From: Neophaeotheca triangularis
Taxonomy: Eukaryota
Reading direction: 5' to 3'
Assembly (NCBI GenBank): GCA_054600435.1
Contig: BAAIJX010000012.1
Span: 434,001 to 498,000, forward strand
DNA length: 64,000 nucleotides
The position numbers were made by a program, and so were the translations under genes. This document shows, one piece after another, positions 37,679 to 49,339 of the stretch. The stretch's first letter is position 1. The number at the start of each line of letters is the position of its first letter. Under the pieces are notes generated by a model that was given only the letters and a program-made list of their open reading frames with translations, had not been told where the DNA came from and did not search any database.

Positions 37679-39703
37679 CTACCCATCCGTCCCCTCCTTC
37701 TCCCTCCAAGCCGCCGCAGCAGCCATGAGCTTACTCATACCCTTCGCCGCCTTGTCATCGGCAGGGAACACATAATCCAAAAACTCCTCAAAAGTCCCAT
37801 CATCCAGACGTCTCCTCTTCTTGACCCTCCTTGGCATCATAGCAGCAACCTTACTCTTCTCCTCATCGGAGCCATGCGTTTCCTCAAAAGAATTCCAAGC
37901 TTGCAGCAGCGAGACACGCTCGTCTTTGAGGTCCTGGTCGCGGAAGAGAGCGTGAGCGCGCTGGAAAATGGCGCGAGCTCTCGAGACGGCTGTAGGGGAG
38001 ATGGCGTCGGTATTTTCGTGGTCGGTGGAGTCTGCTTCTTCGTCGGGCGCGTTGATTTCAAAATGCGCGTAGCTTATCCATACTTTAACGTGCTCCGTGC
38101 GCTGCAGCAGGCGTTCATACAAAGCGCGACAACGTGCAAACTCGCCCTCCTCTTCTTCGAAATCTATGTACCCCTTCCACACGAGCTCGGGCATCTCGAG
38201 TTCGGGCTGGGAAACGGCGAGTTCGAAGACAGCACGGCAGCGTTCGAGATCATCAAGACCGCGCTCCAGCTCTGCGAACTTCAGCCAAGCGGTTGAGTTG
38301 GCTGGGTCGAAGACGAGCCATTTCTCGTAGAGCGTGCGGGCCCGTGAGAATTCGTAGAGTTTGAGCTCTTGCTCGATGTACGCGTTGAAGAGCTTGTTCT
38401 TGGGACACATGCCAATTGCGGTTCCGAGAGTTTTACGCGCGGCCGACAGGTCGTTTTGCCGGAGTTCGAAACGCGATTTGGCAATCCAGAGTTTGGCTGA
38501 GGTGAACTTTTTGTGCGGGATGAGTTTGAGCGCTTCCGCATAGATTTGAGAGGCGCGGGGGAGGTCGCCCGTAGTAGTTTCTTCGTAGACGGCGTAGAAG
38601 AGCCAGAGGAAGAGGTAGCGGCGCCAGTGCCGTTTTTCTTGCGAGGGTGGGATTTGCGCTATGGCACGTTCGTATACGTCGCGGACGCGGGCTGTCTGTC
38701 CTGAACTTTCTTCCAGCGCCGCATAGTCGAACCAGGCGTCGTAATCTTTGGGGTTGCTTTTGACGCGGTCTTCGTAGAGAACGCGACGTTTGTTGAAGAC
38801 GGCTTCTTCCGCGTCTTCGGCATCGCCGTACTGTTTTATGAAGGCTGTGGAGGCTTTCTGCAGGGCTTGGGCTTTGCTGCGAGGAAGGCTGTCAAGGGCG
38901 ACTCGGTAGATTGCACGAGCACGTTCCAGTTCCTTGAGTTTGGCTTCGTAGCGTGCGAAAGCAATGAAGACCTTTTCGTCGGCAAAGTCATCGCCTAATG
39001 TGTTGATGGCCGTGCTGAAGACTTCACGGACTTGATCCTCGTCGCCGCATTCCTCCTCAAAACGCGCCCATTTAATCCAATTCTTCGGTTCGGGGTGCAC
39101 GATTGTGAAGCGCTCAAAGATTCCCCTCGCACGATCGTACTCGCCATACCGTTTCTCCAACTTGATGTATGCATTCCATGCCGACTCGTCCGGCTCCCAG
39201 CTCATCCAGCGCTCGAATACAGCCCTGGTTCCTGCAATGTTCCCCAACATCTCCTCCATATACACATACTTGTACCACAGCTTGTCCACTCTAGGCAGTG
39301 TAGTAACAGCGCGATCGAGCAAATTCCTCGCATGGTTGATATTCCGCTCCTTCATCTCAGCCTCGATATACCTCACCCAGAGCTGCACATTCGTCGCATC
39401 GACATCGAGCGCGCGCTCAAAAACGCTACGGGCACGTCTGTATTCCTTTTGCTCGAGTTCCCACGCGGCGTAGCGGAACCAATTGCCCATGTTGAGTCTG
39501 TTGCGGCGCACATAGTCTTCGAATTCGCGGCGCTTGCGGCCTTGGAACTCGTGCAATTCTTCGAGGTCGGCGAAGCGTTGGGTTGGGGCTTGTACGCCTG
39601 TTTCTTGTCGGTCTACTGCTTCTCGAAGGAGCTGTTCGGCGGATATTTGTTGGGTAGCGGCTTGCTTGTTTTTGACCCTGGGAGGGCCACGTGAAGCTTC
39701 CAT
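37679..39703 (-). CDS. CLF1: Pre-mRNA splicing factor Clf1/Syf3 (crooked neck, HAT repeats)
   Basis: [71 protein letters not shown] repeats throughout. Confidence 0.96.
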   Translation of the reverse strand: MEASRGPPRVKNKQAATQQISAEQLLREAVDRQETGVQAPTQRFADLEELHEFQGRKRREFEDYVRRNRLNMGNWFRYAAWELEQKEYRRARSVFERALDVDATNVQLWVRYIEAEMKERNINHARNLLDRAVTTLPRVDKLWYKYVYMEEMLGNIAGTRAVFERWMSWEPDESAWNAYIKLEKRYGEYDRARGIFERFTIVHPEPKNWIKWARFEEECGDEDQVREVFSTAINTLGDDFADEKVFIAFARYEAKLKELERARAIYRVALDSLPRSKAQALQKASTAFIKQYGDAEDAEEAVFNKRRVLYEDRVKSNPKDYDAWFDYAALEESSGQTARVRDVYERAIAQIPPSQEKRHWRRYLFLWLFYAVYEETTTGDLPRASQIYAEALKLIPHKKFTSAKLWIAKSRFELRQNDLSAARKTLGTAIGMCPKNKLFNAYIEQELKLYEFSRARTLYEKWLVFDPANSTAWLKFAELERGLDDLERCRAVFELAVSQPELEMPELVWKGYIDFEEEEGEFARCRALYERLLQRTEHVKVWISYAHFEINAPDEEADSTDHENTDAISPTAVSRARAIFQRAHALFRDQDLKDERVSLLQAWNSFEETHGSDEEKSKVAAMMPRRVKKRRRLDDGTFEEFLDYVFPADDKAAKGMSKLMAAAAAWREKEGTDG

Positions 39704-40087
39704 GATGGTGATGGGTGAGTGGGGCGTAACGTGAAAAGGCCGGTGGGAATATCCACGGTACGCGACAAATTGATTCAGTCAAAGGAAGTTGGTAGATTGA
39801 ATTGTCGAGGAGGAAGAAGTTTGGCACGTGCAATGCTAATCTGCCCTCTCGGATCTCGGCAGACAGATAAGATAAAGTTGCGACAATCTACTCGCTAGTC
39901 TCGCTAGCGTTGACGCATGTGAGGTCGCGCCTTCCACGCTCAAAAGTTGAAGCTCTTGCCTAAGCTACCTACCTTACCTACCTTGCCTTCTAATTTCTCT
40001 TCCACATCTTTGCGCCGACTTCACTGCGCGCCATCTGATTTGCTTGCCACGCACTTTGATTGCAATCACACGCACAGGCACATCAAC

Positions 40088-42061
40088 ATGGCGAGCGCAC
40101 TGGACGACTTGTTGAACGACTTCGGCGACGACTCGGGTGAGGAGAATGGCGAGGGCGAGCAGCAAGGCTACGACATCTTCGGTCGCGACAACGGCGATGG
40201 CGGCGACGAGGAGGCGGACAAGAACGGTGGAGATGGCAATGCCATGTCCATGGACATTGACGCAGAGGGAAACCAGCACAACGGCGACGGTGACGGTGAC
40301 AGCAGTGACAAGAATGAGATAGCCAAGACGCAAGATGATGAGGCTGAGGAGGAGAGGAACGCGGAGATTGAGAAAATGTCCATGCACAAGGTCGACGACG
40401 TTCGCACCGTCCTCACCCTCTTCAAAGACCTGGATCCGGTGCTTCAGGTAAGATGCTGTTGCACACATCCCAGCCCCGAGTGGTCTGTTGTGCAGGTCGC
40501 TGGGGTCTTTGCATACAATTCTAACAGTTTGTTTCATCAACTTCAGGAGATCAAGAGACTGCACGACTCCCCGCCTACCGACGAAGCTCGCTATGCAGGT
40601 AGGACCGACGACAACCCAGAGTACAAGCTCTTGACCAAGGCCAACAACTTCACCACGCGCATCGACGGCGAAATGGCTCTGGTCCACCGATGGCTTCGTG
40701 ACCACTACTCTGCCCGCTTCCCCGAACTCGAGCAGCTCATCATCAACCCTCTTGATTACGCGAAGGCTGTCTACATCCTCGGCAACGTCCCAACCAACAC
40801 CATAGAGATTAAGGACCTCATGGACAGCACGGACAACACGCTGAACCAGACACTCGAAGCCATACTTGACAAGGGTACCTGCCAGGCCATTGCTTATGAG
40901 GCTGTTCAGACAAGGGGTCAGCCTTTGTCCGATAGCGAGCTTGCCAGCATTAGGCGCGCCTGTGGGATTCAATTCCAACTTCACCAAGCTAAAATCACCC
41001 TCTCCAACTTCGCCGAGTCGCGCATGTCTATCTTCGCGCCCAACCTCACTACCCTCATTGGCACTCTTACCGCCACTCAGCTCATCAACTCGGCCGGTGG
41101 TATCTCTGAACTTGCCGCGACCCCAGCATGTAACCTTATAGCTGCCGGCAATAAGAAGAAGAACGCCGCTCTCGGTTTGGCCTCCAACATCGGCGTCAAG
41201 AACCAAGGCTACCTTTACAACAACACAATCGTCCAAACCGCACCCAAAAACTTCACCGTCCAAGCTATGCGCATGCTCTCGGCCAAAGTCGCCCTCTGCG
41301 CCCGCATGGACATGATGCACCAATCGAAGAACGGAGAAGCCGGTCTCGACTTCCTTCAGCAAATCGACAAACGCCTCTCAGCGATCTCCAAAGTCCCCGA
41401 TAGTGCCAAGACCAAAGCACTACCCGCCCCCGACGACAAACCCGCCCGCAAGCGCGGAGGCCGTCGCGCACGCAAAGCCAAGGAAGCAACCGCTATGACC
41501 GACCTCCGCAAAGCCCAGAACCGCATGGCTTTCGGCAAGGAGGAAGCTCAAGTCGGCTACGGCAGCGGCGACAGCACAATGGGCATGGGCATGATTGGAC
41601 AAAACGACGGCGTTCGCGGGACCAAAATCGACCAACGCACTCGCGCCAAACTGTCCAAGAAGAACCCTGGCTGGGGCGGCGCCACTTCCGTCGGCGGCGG
41701 CGGCAGCGGCGCTCAAACCGCTCTCCGCTCCTTCGGTGCCGCGGGCGCCACCGGCTCCGCGACCGCGCTCTCTCAGCAGGGTCTCCGTACCTCTGGCGTC
41801 GGAGGTTTGCGCACCGCTGCTACGAACCCTGGCGGTACCGCTAGCACTATCGCTTTCAGTTCCGGGCAGGGGCTGGAATTGGTGGATCCGCGCGAACGCG
41901 AGCTGAAGCGTAAGCGTGAGGAGGAGAAGGCGCAGGGGGGCGCGGGACAGGGTTGGTTTGGACCTGGCGGTGGAGCTGCCACTGCTGTTCCCAAGGTTGA
42001 TGCTGGGGGCTTCAAGATCCCTGCGCTGCCTGGGTCGAAGAAGGCGAAGATGGGGCAGTGA
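40088..42061 (+). CDS. PRP31: U4/U6.U5 tri-snRNP protein Prp31; probable in-frame intron 40448-40546
   Basis: NPEYKLL, RDHYSARFPELEQLI, RMSIFAPNLTTLIG (Nop domain), KALPAPDDKPARKRGGRRARKAKE, MTDLRKAQNRMAFG, GTASTIAF..GQGLEL. Confidence 0.95.
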   Translation: MASALDDLLNDFGDDSGEENGEGEQQGYDIFGRDNGDGGDEEADKNGGDGNAMSMDIDAEGNQHNGDGDGDSSDKNEIAKTQDDEAEEERNAEIEKMSMHKVDDVRTVLTLFKDLDPVLQVRCCCTHPSPEWSVVQVAGVFAYNSNSLFHQLQEIKRLHDSPPTDEARYAGRTDDNPEYKLLTKANNFTTRIDGEMALVHRWLRDHYSARFPELEQLIINPLDYAKAVYILGNVPTNTIEIKDLMDSTDNTLNQTLEAILDKGTCQAIAYEAVQTRGQPLSDSELASIRRACGIQFQLHQAKITLSNFAESRMSIFAPNLTTLIGTLTATQLINSAGGISELAATPACNLIAAGNKKKNAALGLASNIGVKNQGYLYNNTIVQTAPKNFTVQAMRMLSAKVALCARMDMMHQSKNGEAGLDFLQQIDKRLSAISKVPDSAKTKALPAPDDKPARKRGGRRARKAKEATAMTDLRKAQNRMAFGKEEAQVGYGSGDSTMGMGMIGQNDGVRGTKIDQRTRAKLSKKNPGWGGATSVGGGGSGAQTALRSFGAAGATGSATALSQQGLRTSGVGGLRTAATNPGGTASTIAFSSGQGLELVDPRERELKRKREEEKAQGGAGQGWFGPGGGAATAVPKVDAGGFKIPALPGSKKAKMGQ

Positions 42062-43087
42062 TGGCAGGTTTCTATGGGTACAGGCACCGGATGGGCATGC
42101 GGGCGTGTGGTTGTACACCTCGTCGCCCGCCGGTGCTCGATCCCTATCGACATTCAGCATGGACTCCTCTCTTCGCATCTGAACGATGCATGACCACCAG
42201 CACAGCATGACAAAGGCGATAACAAGGCGTTTACATTATGGGTATGTCCTCTCGCGAAACCAAGCCACCAACAGCCCATCAAGAACCACAAGCTCACCAT
42301 ATCATCCCAGCAATCCTGTCACTCGGCAAAAAGGTGACCGGAGCTTATGGCTAGATACCCCCTGCACAAACGGATTGAGGCTGGGAAGTACGGGCATTCC
42401 ACTTCGAAGAGCCTACATACTTGCCCACACTACCGGCGTTTGCTTTTTCACACGATGGTTAAGGGACGGCGCCTCAGATTGTGCACATTAACAGTTGTAC
42501 ATAGCGCAACCCTTATTCTCATCAAAAAAAAAAACCTCCCATTGTGGACTTTATTCCCCTGTCGCTGCTTTGACCTGCCGTCTCTGTCCTATCTTGTTGT
42601 GCTTACCACTGTCCGTTAAGGTTCCCTTCGACTTTGACTATGATTCTGTCCCCCATAGGCTATGCTAGACTAGACGCTGAATCATTGAATAGTTCAACTG
42701 TCTCTGTATCCCTTTCCACTGCTGCTAATCTCCCTGATATCGTCCAGGCGTTGAATGAGAAGCATCCGTCGTGATCACTACCATCGTCATGGCTCTACCA
42801 GCAGGGTTATGCGCGCCGATCTCGAGGAACCATTGATTCGTAAAGAGAAGCAGGCTTATGATGACCGCATTGTCCAAGAGCATGTACAAAACAGGCAAGC
42901 CAGCGCCCGTAATCAAGAAAGAAGAATTATCTACTGCTACAGAACAAAAGCACGTAAGTTTGTGATGCCAAATATACAAGCTGTCGATGTCACCAAACCC
43001 AAAAGTAAGCAGCCGGCAGCCTTACCCAAACACCGGCGCTGGGAAGATTCAAAAAAGCAACGGACAAAGCTCCTAGACACGCACCCC

Positions 43088-46000
43088 TCAAGACCCGCGA
43101 CCACTGCTCCCACTAGCGGTGCTGCTCTCCCTCCCCAACATGCCCTGATCCCCACCCCTCTCCGAAGCCGGCGTCTGCGGCGTACTAGGATCCAAACTCA
43201 ACTGACTGCGAATGGTCAAAATCCACTCATGCTGCAACAACTCGGCCGCGGAGATGCGTTTGCTAGGATCGCGCTCAAAGCACTTGCGCACAAAATCCAA
43301 GCCCAGCTCGGACATTTGCTCCGTCGTGGGCATCGAGGGCGAGTTGCCTTGGGCAATGTTGTACATGATGGCGAATTCGTTGTCCAGAGCGGCCCAAGGC
43401 CGGGAGCCCGTGGCCATTTCCAAGATGACGCAGCCGAGGGACCAGACGTCCTCGGCGCCGAGGCGGGAGTGTGGTTTCTTGTCACCTTTGATGACTTCGG
43501 GGGACATGTACATGGGAGTGCCGGTGACGGAGCGCTGGCGACCGCGACCATCGGGGCCGTCGGCAACGATGGTTTTGCCCTGTTTGGCGATGACTTTTGC
43601 GGCGCCGAAGTCGACGAATTTGATGACGCCATTGTGGTCGAGGAGGATGTTTTCGGGCTTGATGTCGCGGTGTACGACGTTGGCTTCGTGGAGGTAACCT
43701 AGGCCTTCGAGCATCTGCAGCGCGTACACTTGGATGACCGTTTCGTCTTCGATGCGGCCGTGTTCGAGGAGTCCGGCTAGTGAGCCGCCCGAGCAGTATT
43801 CCATGAAGATGTAGACCTTATCTCTGTGGGGCTCGATGCCGTAGTATTGGACTACATTTGGGTGGTCGAGGACTTGCAGCACTCCCATTTCGTCGCGGAT
43901 TTGGTTGACGATGGTGGGGATCAATTTGGGGTCTTGGAGGCGGATTTCCTTTACTGCCATTAGATGTCCGCTGTCGAGGTTTATGGCCGCGTAGACGGAG
44001 CCGAAAGTGCCGCCGCCGACAAACTGCCCTTGCTGCCAGCGGAGATGTACGTTGCCTGCGCTGGCGGAGAGGTGGGTGAGGGCGCGGTCGGCATCGTTGG
44101 AGTCCTCCAGAACCCGACCCAGAGCTTGCCGTTCCGCTTCGCGATCTTTCCTTTGTTGGTCGATTTTCTCGAGCTGGTCGATCCATTGCATGCGCACGAT
44201 ACGGCTAGATTCTTCATCATCCTTGAGCCGGCTCACGTCGAGGCGGAGCTTCCCAACCATCGACTCAAGCCGCTGCTTTTCAGCTTGCGCGGCAACCGTC
44301 GACCTCGCTCCCATGATGTCGAAGTGGCTGATGAGCAAACTCATGCATCCCGCCACTTTAGCCCGCAGCGTGGCATACTCCTCTTCACTGATGCTCAAGA
44401 TGTTCTGACCCCGCGTCATCATCATGGCAAACTCCAACGCCACCACTGCCCACCTGAACGTCTTTCGGTCACTCGCTACGCAGTCGTCGCAGATGAAACT
44501 CACCCAGTCCAGCGCAAGATGCGTGAGCTTAAGCTGGTGCATAGCACGACGCTGCTGGTCCATGTAAATCGCTGAACGCTGTCCAAACTCGGTAGCGAAA
44601 GCAAAACAAGTCTGAATCAACTCCTGGCACTCAAGACCGGCAGTCTGCTTGCGAACAATCTCCACAGAGTCCATGATGGTGTTTGAGAGCTTGTAAGCCG
44701 TCTTGCGAATTTTGGTGAGCTCGTCGTTGACGCGAGGAAGGTTGGCGCGCTGCTCCACGAGCACGTTGAGTTCTATGCCTGTCACGGTGGCGAAGGTGAT
44801 GTTGGCGTTTGCCAGACGCTGCTGGCTGCCGTCTGCCACCAGTCTGATTCTACCAGTCTTCAGCGCGAGTTGCGGTTGCCGGAGTTCGCTGGACATGCGG
44901 GCACCTTGCCAATACGGAGGTTGTTCGGGTTTAAGGATGAGGACGTATGGGTTTGAGGGGTCGTCTGGGCTATCTTCTGCATGGTAACACGTTCCAAGCA
45001 TTGATTCAATGTCTTTAGGCCGGTTTTGCAAAGTCGGGCTGGCCAGCACGTATAGCCCGGTTTTCTCGGAAGGAGTCGCTGGTGTTTCCACCAAAAAGTG
45101 GCCGGAAACCGCCAGAGAGTGCAAAAGGTCATCGTAACTTTCGTTGTCGATGTTGATGTTGTATTCGGTGGCGTTCTCGAAACGCTGGCTCAAGACTTTG
45201 GAGAAACGGAAAATCTTACGCTGCCTAACACGCACCGAATCCAAGATGGCCTTGTAGCGCTTGTCCATCTCGGCGCCAGCGACTTCGTCCGGTCTCTTCT
45301 GGAGTTCCTTTTCGAAGTGACTGGTCAGTCGCACGAGAGATTTGGAGGTCAGGCTGGAGAACTGCTCCGCAACCTCAACATCACCCCCTTCTAGATGGCG
45401 TGCGAGCTCATTGCTGAAGTCCCATTCTTGTTCCAAGATTTCGGCCTCCTTGAACGTGTTCTTGTTGGCCATGAGTTTCCAGTTCAGCATCTTGAAGTAG
45501 AATTTGAGGGCATCGAGGACCACGCTGTCAAAAGCATCGTCGATGCACGGTGGCAGATCCCAGCCCGGTTCCGGCTGAGCTAGAACGATGTAAGCCTCTT
45601 TGATTTTGACGGCAAGCTTGAGTAAGATTTGGAACTGTAAAATCATCTGCTCGGCCATCATGACACCTTGTTGGGCTGGATCCTTCATCTTCTTCGCGTA
45701 CGACAAGCGCATGCGGATGATCTCTTGTATCAGTCGCGAAGGGAAGTTGATGAGGGTCAGCAACTCTTCAATATAAGGAGGCAGATGGCGGTCAGAAAAG
45801 GCCTCAGCATTGTCGATGAGGGTTGACTTGGCCTTGTGGATGACCGTGTTCACACCATTCAACAAGCTGTTGTCGCCCTGCAGAGACTTTAGCCCATCTT
45901 CTTTGAGGATACGATCGATGAAGGAACTCTCGTCGAAGAGATGACCCTGCTGTTCCCCCCTGGGTCGTGTCCGGGACTTGGAGAAGTCGAGCTCGACATT

Positions 46001-47254
46001 GCCGACCCAAGCCTGCAACACTCCCAGCTCCGTATTGATGAGTTCCGTAGTATTATGCCACGAAATCACCGCATCGCACATCTCCCTATACGCAGGAGAC
46101 GCTGCTCTGGGATTCGCACTCTCAAAAGCCGCTCTCGTCGGATAAAGTCCTTCAATCTTCTCAATCTTGTCGACAACCTCCCTAACCTGCTCCAGCGGCG
46201 ATTTGCCCACCTCCGTCTCGCCCTTGATCTCAAAAGCGATAATGCCCTCGATCGTCGTCTTGACCCTCGACCTTCCATCGTCAATCATCCGCTTCTGCGC
46301 CGCAATCGTCCGCCCACACGTCTTCGCCCTGACACCAATCCACACCTCATTCTTCAAGGAACTATCGCCAGCATTATCCGCACCACCAATCAGTCGCTTC
46401 TTCTCCTGCTTCACCACATCACCCGTAAGCACATTCGCCAGCATCGAGTGCCACTCCAACCTTTCACGGTTCGCCGGTATCTTCAGCTCCTCCACCGACG
46501 GCTCCATGTCCTCATTCCCATAATACAACAGCGTGTCCTGATCATAGGCGTCATTGTCCAAGTACTGAGCATTTGGGCTCGCCTCGTCCTCTTCAGAAGA
46601 CCCAGTACCGTAGTCCAAACTCGGCGTGCGGGGTTCGGAGTAAAAATCATTTTCCGGTGCGTCCTGCCGTATACGCTGGACGTAGGCTTTTTCTTGCGCG
46701 CGGTACTCGGCGTTGGGGTTGCGGCGGTTGCGGTTGGAGGAGTCGTTGCGTCGCCGGCTGGAATTGCTGTTCATAGAGTACTGGTGAGGGCGGCGGGGAG
46801 GGGCGTAGGCGTTTGAGGGTTGTCTGCTTGCGATGGGGCGGGCGGGTGCTCGTTGGGAGCTGTGGAGGCCGCTGGTTTGGAGTTGTTGCAGTTGTGGGGG
46901 CACAGGTTCGTAGGCAGCGCCTGGGAGGCTTCCGCCACCGCCGCCGCCGCCTCTGACGGAGGAGCGGAGGGGCGTAGAAGGCATGCCATAGCTGGTCGCT
47001 GGGGTCGAGGTTCCGTTTATACCATCTGCAGGGCTGAAGTCACGGGATGCGACGCCGCTGCCATAGTCCTCAAACTCGCCTTCGGAGGTGCCGGCGCCAG
47101 TGTCGGAGGAGTTGAATGTTTGCAGTTCGGGCCGGTCGATTCCATCTGGATACTCCATGATTGTCTCGATAGGAGCGTGGGGCGGAGGAATGGGGTCGTC
47201 AGGGGGTGACGAGCGAAGAGGGCGGGAGGTGGAAGGGGGTGGACTCGAGCCCAT
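43088..47254 (-). CDS. SSK2: HOG-pathway MAP kinase kinase kinase (Ssk2/Ssk22/Wis4/OS-4)
   Basis: RERLEWHSMLANVLTGDVV N-terminal domain; kinase motifs WQQGQFVGGGTFGSVY, MAVKEI, HRDIKPEN, DFG, GTPMYMSPE. Confidence 0.95.
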   Translation of the reverse strand: MGSSPPPSTSRPLRSSPPDDPIPPPHAPIETIMEYPDGIDRPELQTFNSSDTGAGTSEGEFEDYGSGVASRDFSPADGINGTSTPATSYGMPSTPLRSSVRGGGGGGGSLPGAAYEPVPPQLQQLQTSGLHSSQRAPARPIASRQPSNAYAPPRRPHQYSMNSNSSRRRNDSSNRNRRNPNAEYRAQEKAYVQRIRQDAPENDFYSEPRTPSLDYGTGSSEEDEASPNAQYLDNDAYDQDTLLYYGNEDMEPSVEELKIPANRERLEWHSMLANVLTGDVVKQEKKRLIGGADNAGDSSLKNEVWIGVRAKTCGRTIAAQKRMIDDGRSRVKTTIEGIIAFEIKGETEVGKSPLEQVREVVDKIEKIEGLYPTRAAFESANPRAASPAYREMCDAVISWHNTTELINTELGVLQAWVGNVELDFSKSRTRPRGEQQGHLFDESSFIDRILKEDGLKSLQGDNSLLNGVNTVIHKAKSTLIDNAEAFSDRHLPPYIEELLTLINFPSRLIQEIIRMRLSYAKKMKDPAQQGVMMAEQMILQFQILLKLAVKIKEAYIVLAQPEPGWDLPPCIDDAFDSVVLDALKFYFKMLNWKLMANKNTFKEAEILEQEWDFSNELARHLEGGDVEVAEQFSSLTSKSLVRLTSHFEKELQKRPDEVAGAEMDKRYKAILDSVRVRQRKIFRFSKVLSQRFENATEYNINIDNESYDDLLHSLAVSGHFLVETPATPSEKTGLYVLASPTLQNRPKDIESMLGTCYHAEDSPDDPSNPYVLILKPEQPPYWQGARMSSELRQPQLALKTGRIRLVADGSQQRLANANITFATVTGIELNVLVEQRANLPRVNDELTKIRKTAYKLSNTIMDSVEIVRKQTAGLECQELIQTCFAFATEFGQRSAIYMDQQRRAMHQLKLTHLALDWVSFICDDCVASDRKTFRWAVVALEFAMMMTRGQNILSISEEEYATLRAKVAGCMSLLISHFDIMGARSTVAAQAEKQRLESMVGKLRLDVSRLKDDEESSRIVRMQWIDQLEKIDQQRKDREAERQALGRVLEDSNDADRALTHLSASAGNVHLRWQQGQFVGGGTFGSVYAAINLDSGHLMAVKEIRLQDPKLIPTIVNQIRDEMGVLQVLDHPNVVQYYGIEPHRDKVYIFMEYCSGGSLAGLLEHGRIEDETVIQVYALQMLEGLGYLHEANVVHRDIKPENILLDHNGVIKFVDFGAAKVIAKQGKTIVADGPDGRGRQRSVTGTPMYMSPEVIKGDKKPHSRLGAEDVWSLGCVILEMATGSRPWAALDNEFAIMYNIAQGNSPSMPTTEQMSELGLDFVRKCFERDPSKRISAAELLQHEWILTIRSQLSLDPSTPQTPASERGGDQGMLGRESSTASGSSGRGS

Positions 47255-47963
47255 ACTGGCTGGGCTGGCTGCTGGCTACTGGCTGCTGCTGCTGCTGCTG
47301 CTGCACCGTCTTCTGCCCGCCCTAGCTGGGATGCTGCTTGCTCAAAAGTGGCTCATGCGAGAGTATCGGCCGCGGACGCCGACTCCGCGTTTGCTGACTT
47401 CTCAACTTTCTGACTGATTGGCTTTGATTAGATGGGACGCAAGGTGTGGCGGTGCGATGGAGAGTATATAGGATTATTGCAAGGAGTGTTTACACAGGAA
47501 GTGATGAATGTTACAACTGAAGATGAAAGACGGTACTTCTATAATCCATCAGCCGACACATAAAGCTACGGGAAATGAGTTGTCCGCGCGCGCCTCGCGC
47601 CACGCAAAAACTTGAAAAAGCCAGATCTTGACTTGTCGCTGCCGTCCGTACACTTCTTGGAAGTGCCTAGGTTTGCTTTGTTCGCCAAGCCTACAGAAAA
47701 GACATGCTCGAGTTGTAGTTAATCATAGGTCCTCGGATTTGAATACACAATTGTGAGTAGGTAAAACGGTCTATCTTTGTGTCATTATTACTACTGTGGA
47801 CAAACTAGCAGGTCTCATAAACTGCAGCGTGAGCAGTGCTGCACCAATACATTGACTGTCGTTCAAAATTCCGCAATACTAACCCCTTGTTCGCTATGCA
47901 ATACTGCCGTGACAATCAAACCTCCACAACCTAGGAAAACACCTTGCTCCAATGCACATGATA

Positions 47964-49339
47964 CTACCTCGAATAGCTGGGATGTAGCATCGCAGTGCTA
48001 TTCCTGCCCTGCTCTAGCTCGTACGCTTCTCTTTCACCCTCCGTCCGTGTCTCTCCGGAGTTCCAGGTACCTGTCCGGCCCTCTTCCATTCTTCCTGGAT
48101 CACTTCCGCTGCCATTCGAACCAAGCTCTGCTCTCTTCCCTTGCCTTATTTGGGTGCCCTTGCTGTAGGTCCCCTCCTCGCCGACGTAGTTTCCAACGCC
48201 GACAGCAATGCCCCAGGCGCGATTCCTGCTCCGTGGTCCCCAGGCCCAGCCGTTGGAGCGGTTGAGGGGCAAGTGGTACCATCTGAACGAAAACCAGGCC
48301 GTGATGATACCGATCAAACTACCAACGATAATGTCCGCGGCCCTGTGGTAAAAGTCCGTGTAACGCGAGGCGTTGATGTAGAGGGAGACAGCTATCGGAA
48401 GGAAAGCCGGGATGAGGAGGTAGTTGGGTGGGGCGGCAGCCTGATCACGAGGCGCAAGTGAGCGGAAAGTTTGGCTGCCGTTGGGGGAGTCGTCGTCGAA
48501 TTTGGGGCCGCCGTTGCCGTTGATGGCTGCGGCGTCTGGGACGTCTTCGTGGCGAGCAGAGTGAAGCGGGAGGAGTTCGGTTCCGGGTTGCGAGCGGAGG
48601 CCTTGGTAGGATGCGTTTTGGTGGGGTAGATAGGGGAGCTGGATCGAGAATTTGGAGCAGATAAATAAGGATAGGTAAAGGAGACCAGACCAGGAAAAGG
48701 AAGAGTGGCCGCTAGGAAAGCTGCGGAAGCCATCTCGTAGCATGTGTGCATCGGTTTGCGTGCAGATGTCGGCGGTGACAAGTACCCAACGCGGATCGAA
48801 TTGTTCTCCGTAGCGCGAGCCAGTGTAGTAATCACTGATATTGTCCACATCCGGCTCGCACCTGCTCAACAGATCAGGCCTGGGCACACCAAAGAGGTTC
48901 TTCAAGCCTTGTGTGATAAAGAAGGCCGTTGCGCATGATAGCGCAAGACCTGCCAATCCCTTTTCGAGCTCCCAGAGCTTGCGCTTGAAGTATTTCGCCT
49001 TGTCTTGATGTCGCAGCGCCGCTGGTCCGGGGACGAAGATGAGGACTATGAGGAAGATGATGACAGCCGGTGCGAGGAGTGCCACTACGCCGACTGCAGC
49101 GACCGAGACGGTGTTGGGACCATGTGGGAAGGCGATGCTGAGGTCGAGTAGGGAAAATGGCCGTCTAAAGGGTTCTACCCAGTTGAGGCCAGCGCCTATG
49201 GCGGCGATGATGCTGTGGAGGGCGGAGGTTAGTTTGCGCGCAGTAGAGATGCGCAATGAAGGTGGTGTGCTCACATGATTACAATCCAGTCGAATATATA
49301 AGACGCAATGAGCGACTTTGAGGGTATCTTGAAGTTCAT
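47964..49339 (-). CDS. PAP2-family lipid phosphate phosphatase (Dpp1/Lpp1-like); intron 49274-49213
   Basis: Exon 1 MNFKIPSKSLIASYIFDWIVI; motifs KNLFGVPRP (C1), SFPSGHSS (C2), SRYTDFYH...D (C3); several transmembrane segments. Confidence 0.9.

Noticed and set aside
30919..46816. Long antisense ORFs (e.g. 30919-32256, 39974-41362, 42755-43702, 45941-46816)
   Set aside because: Shadows of GC-rich, codon-biased genes on the opposite strand; no family motifs.
47500..47560. Possible C/D snoRNA (TGATGA...CTGA)
   Set aside because: Boxes are only about 9 nt apart, with no terminal D box or stem and no recognisable rRNA guide.
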